Source: Nitrospirae bacterium JdFR-85
GTDB lineage: Bacteria > Nitrospirota > Thermodesulfovibrionia > Thermodesulfovibrionales > JdFR-85
Direction of reading: 5' to 3'
DNA length: 64,000 bases
NCBI GenBank assembly: GCA_002011745.1
Contig: MTOU01000013.1
Coordinates: 192,279 to 256,278 of the forward strand
The translations under genes and the position numbers were made by a program. Below, one piece after another: positions 17,113 through 26,858 of the stretch. The notes under the pieces were generated by a model, which saw nothing but the letters and a program-made list of their open reading frames with translations, made no database searches and was not told the origin of the DNA. Positions within the stretch are counted from its first letter, which is position 1. Every line of letters starts with the position of its first letter.

Positions 17113-17319
17113 GGGTTAATCTCTATTTTCGTCACGACCCATTTATCAGGATCTGAACGGCAAACAATAATTCAAAACATCCTCTGTGTATACTATATCG
17201 CTCCTAAAATTTTTCCAAAAATATTAAATAACTGAAAATGAATCTTTTTCCTCATAATAATAGCATCAATCCTTATCATCATATCATTATTTAATTAATC
17301 TCCTCACCCTTCTATAACT

Positions 17320-19680
17320 ATGTTAGGGTATAATCTATCTATGCAGACAAAAACCATTGCAATCTCCCTCTCTCTCATCTCCCTCTCAACCCTCGCTTTT
17401 GAGATAGCCCTTCTAAGGGTCTTCTCTGTCTCTCTATGGTATCACTTTGGATTTATGATTATAAGCATCGCCATGCTTGGCATAGGAACGAGTGGAACAA
17501 TGCTTTATCTCTTTGCAGGTCTGAATAACATCAGATTGATCCCTCTTTACTGTATGCTCACAGGCCTCAGCATACTCCTTTCTTATATGATAACAAACCT
17601 GATACCCTTTGACCCTGCAAGGGCTCCCTGGGACAGGATTCAGGTCCTTTATATACTGGGCTACTATGTGTTTCTGTCTCTGCCTTTTCTTATAACAGGT
17701 CTGGCAGTCTCCACAGCCCTTTCCTGCCTCAGACAGCAGGCAGGCCTCCTCTATGGTGCAGACCTCTTAGGTGCAGCCACAGGTGCGGTATTAGCACTGC
17801 TGCTGGGATACATAAGTCCTGAGAAGACAATCCTCCTTCTGTCTCTTCCTGCATTGGGCTCTGTGTTATTTTTTAATAATGGGAGATTAATCCTTTTATC
17901 CTTACTCAGTATCGTGGCTGTGATCGGGTTACTATATTCTACTCCATCGGCACTGAAGCCACGGGTTTCACCTTACAAATCTCTTGCTTTGGCATTAAAA
18001 TACCCTGGAGCAGAACATATCAAAACTCTCTACAGTCCTTACTCTCAGGTGGATATCCTAAAAAGCCCTGCAGTAAGGTTTGCACCAGGGTTGAGCTTTC
18101 ATTTTCTGAAACCACTGCCAGAGCAGATAGGTATTGCAGTGGATGCTGAAGATATCACCGCAGTAACTATTCCCAATAGCATGGAAGAACTGGAATTCAT
18201 TGAATATCTTCCCATGAGTCTGCCCTACTGGTTGCTTCAGCACAAGGAGGATATACTTATACTTGAACCAAGAGGAGGACTTGAGGTACTGATAGGACAA
18301 TACTATGGAGCCAAGAGACTTTATAGGGTGGATTCTAATCCATTGGTCATCGAGGCAGTAAAAAGTATAACAGAGGGGTCTCAATTTGATCCTTACCAGC
18401 AGAATACCTGGACCAGCCTCGGAAGGACATGGCTTTCCAGTGTCGGGAAGAAATTTGATCTTATAAGCCTCTCACCTATGGGGTCCCTTCCGAAAGGTGG
18501 TTTCGGCTTTTCCGAGGACTACAGATTCACTCTGGATGCATTCCTGCAGTATCTGGAGCATTTGAAACCTGATGGTATTCTCTCCATAACACTCTTTATC
18601 CTGCCACCGCCGAGGGTTGAGTTTCGCATTCTGAATACACTTTATGAGGCTATGAGCCTGACAGGCATAAGAGATGTAGCCAGACATATTGCCGCTATAC
18701 GGACATGGGGTACTCTCACGATAATGGTTAAAAAGAGCCCTCTCACAGAAAGAGATATTCAACAGATCAGAGAGTTTTCAAGCAGTAGAGGTTTTGATAT
18801 AGTCTTCTATCCTGGAATCACTGAGGATGAAACCAATATCTTTGTAAAGATTCCCAACAATCAGTACTTTGTTGCCTTCAGTAATCTCCTCAATCCAAAA
18901 ACAAGAAAGACCTTTATAGACAGCTATATATTTGATATAGCACCAGTACATGATGATAACCCTTTTTTCCATTATTTCATGAAGCTGAAAAATATAGGTG
19001 AGATCTATCAGACAATGGGACAGAAGTGGCAGTATTTTATTGAAGAAGGGTATCTGCTACCTTTGGTGTTCCTTCAGGTCGCCTTTCTTAGTGCATTGGT
19101 AATGCTTCTGCCTCTCTGTAGACTCAAAAGAGATAGCGACAGGCTACTGTCAGGACTTGTGTATTTTGGACTCCTTGGAGTAGGTTATATGTTTGTAGAG
19201 ATAGCACTCTTTCAGAGACTGCTTCTTCCATTGGAGAACCCCTCATATACTGCCGCAACTGTTATATCCAGTATGCTTCTGAGCTCAGCCCTCGGTAGCC
19301 TATGGCTCCAGAAGAGCAGAAGACTGAAAAGTCCCTCTATACTGCTGTCCATCTTTCTACTGCTTCTGCTTTATAGTATTCTGCTTCCCAGGATTATCAA
19401 TATTATGAACCCTCTGCCACTGGGGGTTAGGGTGTTTATAAGTCTCATCTTTATCCTGCCAGTAGGATTTCTGATGGGTATACCCTTCCCCTTGGGACTG
19501 CTCTCCATAGGCAGTTCCTCTCAGGTATTTGTCCCCTGGGCATGGGCTGTAAATGGGTGTCTTTCTGTGCTTTCGCCAATACTTGCGATCATGATCGCTT
19601 TGTCTTTAGGATTCAAGAAGGTTATCCTCCTTGCCGCGGCAGCCTATCTGCTCGGATTCTTCTTGCTCAAGAAGCGATAG
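17320..19680 (+). CDS. Polytopic membrane protein with an embedded spermidine-synthase-like (class I methyltransferase-fold) domain
   Basis: 786 aa. There are multiple hydrophobic helices at both ends. The central ILILEPRGGLEVLIG...RVDSNPLVIEA...FDLISLS...LKPDGILS resembles the aminopropyltransferase fold. The start (17320 or 17341) is uncertain. Confidence 0.6.
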   Translation: MLGYNLSMQTKTIAISLSLISLSTLAFEIALLRVFSVSLWYHFGFMIISIAMLGIGTSGTMLYLFAGLNNIRLIPLYCMLTGLSILLSYMITNLIPFDPARAPWDRIQVLYILGYYVFLSLPFLITGLAVSTALSCLRQQAGLLYGADLLGAATGAVLALLLGYISPEKTILLLSLPALGSVLFFNNGRLILLSLLSIVAVIGLLYSTPSALKPRVSPYKSLALALKYPGAEHIKTLYSPYSQVDILKSPAVRFAPGLSFHFLKPLPEQIGIAVDAEDITAVTIPNSMEELEFIEYLPMSLPYWLLQHKEDILILEPRGGLEVLIGQYYGAKRLYRVDSNPLVIEAVKSITEGSQFDPYQQNTWTSLGRTWLSSVGKKFDLISLSPMGSLPKGGFGFSEDYRFTLDAFLQYLEHLKPDGILSITLFILPPPRVEFRILNTLYEAMSLTGIRDVARHIAAIRTWGTLTIMVKKSPLTERDIQQIREFSSSRGFDIVFYPGITEDETNIFVKIPNNQYFVAFSNLLNPKTRKTFIDSYIFDIAPVHDDNPFFHYFMKLKNIGEIYQTMGQKWQYFIEEGYLLPLVFLQVAFLSALVMLLPLCRLKRDSDRLLSGLVYFGLLGVGYMFVEIALFQRLLLPLENPSYTAATVISSMLLSSALGSLWLQKSRRLKSPSILLSIFLLLLLYSILLPRIINIMNPLPLGVRVFISLIFILPVGFLMGIPFPLGLLSIGSSSQVFVPWAWAVNGCLSVLSPILAIMIALSLGFKKVILLAAAAYLLGFFLLKKR

Positions 19681-19683
19681 TCT

Positions 19684-20424
19684 CTATCTCCTCTTTCTCA
19701 CCTCTCCGATCATAGGTACAAATGAGACAGGACATATCTGCTCTGCCCTGAGCTGGCCGTTCTTTTTGGTTATCACTGTAAGGGTCTGAAAGTAGAGGGT
19801 GCTACCCAGAGGAATGATAAGCCTTCCACCATCCTTTAACTGTTCTATCAGGGGTGGAGGCACATGGTTTGCTGCTGCAGTAATAATTATTGCATCAAAG
19901 GGAGCATACTCTTTCCAACCAAAGTATCCATCAGCATGCTTTACTTTGATATTATTATACCCAAGCTTCCTCAAAAGGCTTTCGGCCTTCTTAGCCAAGT
20001 TCTCTCTTATCTCTATGGTATAGACCTCCTTCACGATTTCTGCAAGCACTGCTGCCTGGTAACCTGAGCCTGTACCTATCTCAAGGACCCTGTCTGTGGG
20101 TCTCAGTTTAAGCGCCTCTGTCATCAGGGCCACAATATAGGGTTGTGAGATGGTCTGGCCCTCTCCAATCGGCAGTGGATAGTCTCCATAGGCACGGTTT
20201 CTGTATCTGGGAGGAACAAACAGATGTCTCGGTATCTTGGACATTGCCGTGATAACCCTCTCGTCAATTATCCCTCTCCCCTTTATATCTTTCTCAATCA
20301 TCCTAAGGCGCATCTGGCTGTATTTATCATTTCCGAAGGAGACAGAGAGGAAACAAAACAATCCCAGAAAGACTATAACCCCCCAGAGTATCGCCAAACT
20401 CTTTATTTCTCTCAAAGGCTTCAT
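19684..20424 (-). CDS. pcm: Protein-L-isoaspartate O-methyltransferase with an N-terminal signal/anchor helix
   Basis: Motifs [15 protein letters not shown] and [17 protein letters not shown] prefer the ATG at 20424 ([23 protein letters not shown]...). The track start at 20517 would overlap divergent pyrC. Confidence 0.9.
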   Translation of the reverse strand: MKPLREIKSLAILWGVIVFLGLFCFLSVSFGNDKYSQMRLRMIEKDIKGRGIIDERVITAMSKIPRHLFVPPRYRNRAYGDYPLPIGEGQTISQPYIVALMTEALKLRPTDRVLEIGTGSGYQAAVLAEIVKEVYTIEIRENLAKKAESLLRKLGYNNIKVKHADGYFGWKEYAPFDAIIITAAANHVPPPLIEQLKDGGRLIIPLGSTLYFQTLTVITKKNGQLRAEQICPVSFVPMIGEVRKRR

Positions 20425-20469
20425 TTTGTCTTTTAATTTTAATAGATTATTTAATATAATTGAAATGCT

Positions 20470-21780
20470 ATGAAAAAGCTCCTGATAAAAAATGGACATC
20501 TCATTGATCCATCCCAATCCATAGATGCAGATGCAGATATATTAATATACGAAGGCGTGGTTCAGGATATATGGATACATGAAAAAGAAAAAGGAGAGGA
20601 TATACCTGATGACTGTGTGGTTTATGATATAAAAGGGAAGTATATAATTCCTGGCATAGTAGACATGCATGTACACCTCCGTGATCCAGGTTTTGAATAC
20701 AAAGAGACTATTAGAACCGGTACAGCATCTGCAGTAAAGGGTGGAGTAACGTCGGTCTGCTGTATGCCTAATACCCATCCTGTAAATGATAACGAGACAG
20801 TCACAAGATACATCCTTCAGAAGGCAATACTTGAAGGCTCCTGCGATGTCTATCCAATAGGTGCGATCACAAAGGGACAGAAAGGTGAAGAGCTGGCAGA
20901 AATGGGTCTTATGTATGAGGCAGGCTGTGTCGCCTTCTCAGATGATGGAAGACCTGTGATGAACAGCCTCCTGATGCGAAGGGCACTGGAGTATTCAAAG
21001 AGGTTTGGAGTACCAATAATCTCCCATGCAGAGGATATCAACCTTTCTGCAAATGGGATGATGAACGAGGGAGGAGTATCCCTGAGGCTTGGGCTCAGGG
21101 GTATCCCTGCAGAATCAGAGATAATAATGATAAAAAGAGATATAGAGCTTGCTGCCCTTACAGGTGGCAGATTACATATAGCCCATGTTTCCACAGAGGG
21201 TGGAGTAAGGGCACTGAGAGAGGCAAAAAAGGCAGGAATTCCTGTTACTGCAGAGACATGCCCCCATTATTTTCTCCTTACTGAAGAGGCAGTGGAAGGT
21301 TACAATACCAATGCAAAGGTAAACCCTCCTCTCAGGACAAGAAGAGACCTTGAGGCAATCAGAGAGGCACTCGCAGACGGCACAATAGACATTATTGCCT
21401 CAGACCATGCTCCTCATCATAAGGATGAGAAACTATGTGAGTTTGAGATGGCTGCATCCGGGATATCAGGGCTCGAGACTCTGCTTCTGTTGTCATTGCA
21501 ACTGTATCATGAAGGGGTACTGAGCCTTCCAGAACTTATAAAGAAACTCACCCAGAATCCGGCAACCATACTTGGCATCGGCAAGGGAACCCTCTGTAAA
21601 GGTGCCCAGGCAGACCTTGTGGTGCTGGACATTGAGACAGACAACACTATCAGAGCAGATGAATTCGTCTCAAAGGGTAAAAACACACCTTTTGATGGTA
21701 TGAGCCTTAAGGGCAGGGTGGTGGAGACCTTTTGGAAAGGTATCCCAATGCTCAAAGGTATTACTCCCTTAACCGGATAG
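20470..21780 (+). CDS. pyrC: Dihydroorotase
   Basis: 436 aa. Motifs [17 protein letters not shown] and SDHAPH. Confidence 0.9.
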   Translation: MKKLLIKNGHLIDPSQSIDADADILIYEGVVQDIWIHEKEKGEDIPDDCVVYDIKGKYIIPGIVDMHVHLRDPGFEYKETIRTGTASAVKGGVTSVCCMPNTHPVNDNETVTRYILQKAILEGSCDVYPIGAITKGQKGEELAEMGLMYEAGCVAFSDDGRPVMNSLLMRRALEYSKRFGVPIISHAEDINLSANGMMNEGGVSLRLGLRGIPAESEIIMIKRDIELAALTGGRLHIAHVSTEGGVRALREAKKAGIPVTAETCPHYFLLTEEAVEGYNTNAKVNPPLRTRRDLEAIREALADGTIDIIASDHAPHHKDEKLCEFEMAASGISGLETLLLLSLQLYHEGVLSLPELIKKLTQNPATILGIGKGTLCKGAQADLVVLDIETDNTIRADEFVSKGKNTPFDGMSLKGRVVETFWKGIPMLKGITPLTG

Positions 21781-21841
21781 TTCTCCAGGGCATTGCCCTG
21801 ATTATAGATAAAAAACACCCCTAACAAAGAGGGAGGTTACT

Positions 21842-24364
21842 GTGATAGAGAAATACGACCCTGAAAAGGTGGAACTGAAATGGCAGAAGTACTGGGAAGA
21901 GAAAGAGATATTCAAAACTCCAAATGACTTTACAAAGAAGAAGTTCTATTGTCTCGAAATGTTTCCCTATCCCTCAGGCAAGATCCATATGGGTCATGTA
22001 AGAAACTACGCCATTGGTGATGTTATAGCAAGGTATAAGAGAATGAGGGGATTCAATGTACTTCACCCTATGGGATGGGATGCCTTTGGACTGCCTGCAG
22101 AAAATGCAGCAATAGAGCATGGGGTGCATCCGGCAAAATGGACCTATGAGAATATTGAATATATGAAGAGACAGCTCAAAAGAATGGGATTCAGTTATGA
22201 CTGGTCAAGGGAGGTGACCACCTGTGAACCAGAGTACTACAAGTGGAACCAGTGGTTCTTTCTCAAGATGTATGAGAAGGGGCTTGCATATCGGAAGGCA
22301 TCTTTTGTGAACTGGTGTCCCAGTTGTGCTACAGTGCTCGCCAACGAACAGGTGGTGGATGGGGGATGCTGGAGATGTGATACCGAGGTGATACAGAAGG
22401 AACTTCCACAGTGGTTTTTACGGATAACCGCATATGCAGAGGAGCTGTTGCAGGGATGTGAAGAACTCCTTGAGGGGTGGCCCGAGCATGTGGTAACGAT
22501 GCAGCGTAACTGGATCGGCAAGAGTGAAGGAGTAGAGATGGATTTCCCCGTGGCAGACAGTGAGCTCAAAATAAGGATCTTTACCACAAGACCTGATACC
22601 CTCTGGGGAGCCACTTTTGTATGTCTTGCCCCAACACATCCCCTTGCAGAAAAGCTTACTAAGGACAGGTCTAAGCTTGAAAGAATAAAGTCAAAGTATG
22701 GAATGATGGAAGAAAAGGAAGGTCTTTTCACAGGCAGATATGCAATAAACCCGATGAATGGAGAAAAGATTCCCATCTGGGTAGCTAACTTTGTCCTAAT
22801 GGAGTATGGTACAGGTGCCATAATGTCTGTACCAGCCCACGACCAGAGGGATTTTGAGTTTGCAAAGAAATACGGGCTTCCTATAAGGGTAGTGATTCAG
22901 CCTGAAAAGGGGAAGCTAAAGGAACCCCTTGAAGAGGCATTCGAGGAACCAGGTGTTGTGGTAAACTCAGGAGAGTTCTCAGGACTCAACAGTGATGAGG
23001 CAAAAAAGAGAATAGGTGAATTTATTGAGGCCCATGGCCTCGGAGAGGTTAAGATAAACTACCGTCTGAGGGACTGGGGCATATCAAGACAGAGGTATTG
23101 GGGGACACCCATCCCCATAGTCTACTGTGATAGCTGTGGAATTGTTCCTGTTCCAGAGTCTCAACTACCTGTAATGTTGCCTGAGAATGTCACCCTTACT
23201 GGTAAGGGTGAATCCCCCCTCTCTCAGATTGAGGATTTTATAAACACCACTTGTCCATCCTGTGGTGGTAAGGCAAAAAGAGAAACAGACACCATGGATA
23301 CATTTGTTGATTCCTCATGGTATTTTCTCCGTTACTGTACTTCCAAGGAGTCTGAGCCTCTGCAGACTGAAGCACTCCATTACTGGATGCCTGTAGACCA
23401 GTATATTGGAGGTGTGGAGCATGCAGTACTGCATCTGCTTTACTCCCGCTTCTTTACAAGGGTTCTGAGGGATATTGGTATTCTGGATTTCTCAGAACCC
23501 TTCAAGAATCTCCTGACCCAGGGGATGGTATGTAAGGAGACTATTAAATGTCCCTTACATGGATGGCTATTGCCTGATGAGGTGGAGAACAACAGATGCA
23601 TAAAGTGTGGTTCTGAAGTACAGAGAGGAAGGGTTGAGAAGATGTCAAAGTCAAAAAAGAATGTGGTAGACCCTGATTATCTCATAAAAAAATATGGAGC
23701 TGATACAAGCCGCCTGTTTTCACTCTTTGCAGCACCTCCAGAAAAGGATCTTGAGTGGTCAGACCAGGGAATAGAGGGCGCACATAGATTTCTCGGCAGG
23801 GTCTGGAACCTTGTCCAAGTAAATGCTGATCCTCTAAGGAATACAAAAGACAGACCAGTGCATATAAACAAAAACAATGAGAAGCTGGCTCGTAAGGTTC
23901 ACCAGAGTATAAAAAAGGTGACCGAGGATATAGAAAACAGATATCAGTTCAACACCGCCATAGCTGCAATGATGGAGCTCTTCAATGAACTCTCTTCGTT
24001 CAGACCTTCCAGTAATGAGGACTGGAGTGTAATGAGGTTTGGAGTGAGGACACTGTTGTTGCTTCTCAGTCCCTTTGCCCCCCATATAACAGAAGAACTA
24101 TGGGAAGTAATTGGTGAAAGCCCGAGCATCCTTCAGCAGCCCTGGCCAGAGTGGGATGAGGCTCTGGCAAAAGAGCCAGAGATTGAGCTGGTTATACAGG
24201 TGAATGGTAAGGTGAGGGCAAAGGAGATAGTACCAGCAGGCCTTAGTGACGATGAACTCCGCCAGAGGGCCCTTTCATCAGAAAGGATCAAAAAGTTTAT
24301 CAATGGTAAACCCATAAAAAAGGTGATCGTAGTAAAAGGAAGGCTTGTTAATATTGTAATCTGA
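21842..24364 (+). CDS. leuS: Leucyl-tRNA synthetase
   Basis: 840 aa. [17 protein letters not shown] (HIGH motif) and KMSKSKKN (KMSKS motif). GTG start after GAGGGAGG. Confidence 0.97.
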   Translation: MIEKYDPEKVELKWQKYWEEKEIFKTPNDFTKKKFYCLEMFPYPSGKIHMGHVRNYAIGDVIARYKRMRGFNVLHPMGWDAFGLPAENAAIEHGVHPAKWTYENIEYMKRQLKRMGFSYDWSREVTTCEPEYYKWNQWFFLKMYEKGLAYRKASFVNWCPSCATVLANEQVVDGGCWRCDTEVIQKELPQWFLRITAYAEELLQGCEELLEGWPEHVVTMQRNWIGKSEGVEMDFPVADSELKIRIFTTRPDTLWGATFVCLAPTHPLAEKLTKDRSKLERIKSKYGMMEEKEGLFTGRYAINPMNGEKIPIWVANFVLMEYGTGAIMSVPAHDQRDFEFAKKYGLPIRVVIQPEKGKLKEPLEEAFEEPGVVVNSGEFSGLNSDEAKKRIGEFIEAHGLGEVKINYRLRDWGISRQRYWGTPIPIVYCDSCGIVPVPESQLPVMLPENVTLTGKGESPLSQIEDFINTTCPSCGGKAKRETDTMDTFVDSSWYFLRYCTSKESEPLQTEALHYWMPVDQYIGGVEHAVLHLLYSRFFTRVLRDIGILDFSEPFKNLLTQGMVCKETIKCPLHGWLLPDEVENNRCIKCGSEVQRGRVEKMSKSKKNVVDPDYLIKKYGADTSRLFSLFAAPPEKDLEWSDQGIEGAHRFLGRVWNLVQVNADPLRNTKDRPVHINKNNEKLARKVHQSIKKVTEDIENRYQFNTAIAAMMELFNELSSFRPSSNEDWSVMRFGVRTLLLLLSPFAPHITEELWEVIGESPSILQQPWPEWDEALAKEPEIELVIQVNGKVRAKEIVPAGLSDDELRQRALSSERIKKFINGKPIKKVIVVKGRLVNIVI

Positions 24365-24436
24365 AAAGACTCACTTTTTGTTTCCTTCAACGAAATAGAC
24401 AGATGGACTTACATTATTAAGGAACCATTAATGATA

Positions 24437-24466
24437 TTGAATTTTACCAAGGGATTTTATTAATAT
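24437..24466 (+). promoter_or_regulatory. Putative promoter for tRNA-Phe
   Basis: TTGAAT at 24437-24442, a 17-18 nt spacer, TTAATA/TAATAT at 24460-24466. The tRNA 5' end is about 10 nt downstream. Confidence 0.35.
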
Positions 24467-24475
24467 AACAAAGGC

Positions 24476-24551
<76 letters not shown>

Positions 24552-24568
24552 CTGGACAATTTATAAAA

Positions 24569-26038
24569 ATGGCTCTTAAACCCTCAGATATCCATCTGGT
24601 TGTCACTGTTGCCCTGCCAAAGGAAGTCCCGCGGAGGTGGTTTGCTGAAAGAGGTGTGCCCGTTGTAACCCTTAATGCATTAAAATCAGGTATCCTTTCC
24701 TCGGTTGACAGAATAAAGAAAGGTATACTCCTGGTGATAACAGGCCCTGGAGTAGCCTCCTCAGAAGAGGCAGCAGTCTGGATATCCGAAAACCTCTCTC
24801 CTCTTTACATCCTGAACGTAGGCACCTGTGGGGTTTTGGACAGGAGTATTCCACTGCTAAGATGGATAAGACCCAACAAGCTCTGCTCAGAACATGGACA
24901 GGGTATCTCCTTAGAGCCGAGAATACCCTTGGATGTGGACACTCTGATCCCTGTTGACTCTCTGCTTACAGTGAATAAGCCTTCAGCAGACAGCATGCCT
25001 GAGAAATGGAGGAAATATCAGGCAGTTGATATGGAGGCTTATGCCCAGGCCAGGGTATTCCTTGAAAGGGGATTCAGCTTTCACTGTCTCAAGTTTGGTA
25101 CAGACTACCTTTGCAGAGACTACATATCTCAGTTCAACAAGAATCTTCCCCTTTTCGTTGAATCCATAAAGAGACTGTTTAGTTTCCTTGAGCAGCCTGA
25201 GGAACCCTCCGTCTCAGTGGTGATACCCGTGTTCAACAGAGAAGGAACCATAAAGAGGGCTATAGACTCTGTTCTGACACAGTCATTCAGACCCACAGAG
25301 GTGGTGGTCGTGGATGATGGCTCCACTGACAGGACCCCTGAGATACTCCATAGATACAACAAAAAGACACTTATTATAAGACTACCCCAGAATCTCGGAG
25401 TATCAAAGGCGAGAAATGTGGGAGCCTCCTCTACAAAAGGAAAATGGATAGCCTTCCTAGATTCTGATGATCTGTGGAAGCCCCATAAGCTCCTCTGTCA
25501 GGTGGAGTATTTGAAGAGGTATCCTTTTTACCAGATTATACAGTCTGAGGAGATATGGTTCAGGAAAGGACGAAGGGTAAACCCGTGCAAGCATCACAGA
25601 AAGCCTCTCGGCTGGGCTTGGCATAGATCTCTACAGAGGTGTCTTATATCCCCCTCGGGAGTTCTAATAAAAAGAGCACTCTTTGAGAGATACGGTGGAT
25701 TTAGGGAGGATATGCCTGTTTGTGAAGACTATGACCTTTGGATCAGGATCACAAGAGATCACCCAGTAGGTCTTGACCCTACTGCCAGTGTGGTAAAACA
25801 CGGGGGAGGAGATGATCAACTATCAAGAACATATCCTGCAATGGACCGTTACAGGGTGAGAGCACTTCTGGACGCCTTCCTGAATGAGAGATACCCTCCT
25901 TTTAAAAGAGTTATAGCAGAGGAGATGAGGACCAAACTCTCCATTCTGATAAAAGGGGCTGTAAAAAGAGGCAGAAAGAATGATGTAGAATATTATAAAA
26001 CTCTTCTTAAGGTTACAGACGAATGCTTAGAGACCTGA
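24569..26038 (+). CDS. Fusion protein: nucleoside phosphorylase/nucleosidase-like (PNP_UDP_1-type) N-domain plus family-2 glycosyltransferase C-domain
   Basis: 489 aa. The N-half has LLVITGPGVASS and AVDMEAYA (Pfs/MTA-nucleosidase-like). The C-half has VSVVIPVFNREGTIKRAIDSVLTQSF, VVVVDDGSTD and FLDSDDLW (GT2, DxD). Confidence 0.65.
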   Translation: MALKPSDIHLVVTVALPKEVPRRWFAERGVPVVTLNALKSGILSSVDRIKKGILLVITGPGVASSEEAAVWISENLSPLYILNVGTCGVLDRSIPLLRWIRPNKLCSEHGQGISLEPRIPLDVDTLIPVDSLLTVNKPSADSMPEKWRKYQAVDMEAYAQARVFLERGFSFHCLKFGTDYLCRDYISQFNKNLPLFVESIKRLFSFLEQPEEPSVSVVIPVFNREGTIKRAIDSVLTQSFRPTEVVVVDDGSTDRTPEILHRYNKKTLIIRLPQNLGVSKARNVGASSTKGKWIAFLDSDDLWKPHKLLCQVEYLKRYPFYQIIQSEEIWFRKGRRVNPCKHHRKPLGWAWHRSLQRCLISPSGVLIKRALFERYGGFREDMPVCEDYDLWIRITRDHPVGLDPTASVVKHGGGDDQLSRTYPAMDRYRVRALLDAFLNERYPPFKRVIAEEMRTKLSILIKGAVKRGRKNDVEYYKTLLKVTDECLET

Positions 26039-26847
26039 GATATATAGACTTTCATACTCACATCTTTCCGGAGAAGATCGCTGAAGAGGCCCTAAGAAGA
26101 CTGGCTGAGCACTCTGGAGAGTACAAGCCAAGAACTGACGGGACCGCAAGGGGTCTTGTGGAGTCCATGCAAGAGGCTGGTATTCGTCTGTCTGTGGTTG
26201 CCAATATAGCAACAAAGCCCTCTCAGATGCTTCCCATCTTTGAGTTCTGCCTCAGTATAAAAAGCGAGAAGGTCTACCCCCTCGTCTCATTTCATCCAGA
26301 AAACAGCATGCAGGAAGTGAAACAGCTGCTTCAGAGGGCACTTGACAATGGGATAAAAGGTGTAAAACTTCATCCAATGTATCAGGGATTCTATATTGAT
26401 GAAGAGAGAATGTACCCCTTTTATGAAGAGATCAGCAGCAAGGGCATGTTTTTGATGTTTCACAGTGGTTATGACATAGCCTTCCCCGGTAACAGACAGG
26501 CAGATGTGGAAAGAGTAAGAAAGGTGGCTAAGGACTTCCCTAAGATGACGATCATATCCACCCATATGGGGGGCTGGAGACAGTGGGAACGGCTGAAGCT
26601 TCTCAGGGACTGTAGTAATGTATATGTGGAGACCTCAATGACTGTGACAGAGACCGGAGAGGATACCTTTGTTGAGATTCTGAAGGATTTTGATATTGAG
26701 AGGGTCTTCTTTGGCACTGACAGCCCCTGGACAGACCAGAAGGAGATGATTGAGGTGATAGAGAAACTCCCCATACCAGAGGAGCATAAAGAGATGATCC
26801 TGTACAGGAATGCAGAAACCTTTCTTGCTAAGATAGGAATACAATAA
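26023..26847 (+). CDS. Metal-dependent amidohydrolase (TIM-barrel, amidohydrolase_2-like)
   Basis: 274 aa. N-terminal IDFHTHIFP, then GVKLHP and FGTDSPW. It overlaps the upstream gene by 16 nt. Confidence 0.7.
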   Translation: MLRDLRYIDFHTHIFPEKIAEEALRRLAEHSGEYKPRTDGTARGLVESMQEAGIRLSVVANIATKPSQMLPIFEFCLSIKSEKVYPLVSFHPENSMQEVKQLLQRALDNGIKGVKLHPMYQGFYIDEERMYPFYEEISSKGMFLMFHSGYDIAFPGNRQADVERVRKVAKDFPKMTIISTHMGGWRQWERLKLLRDCSNVYVETSMTVTETGEDTFVEILKDFDIERVFFGTDSPWTDQKEMIEVIEKLPIPEEHKEMILYRNAETFLAKIGIQ

Positions 26848-26858
26848 CGGAAGACACC

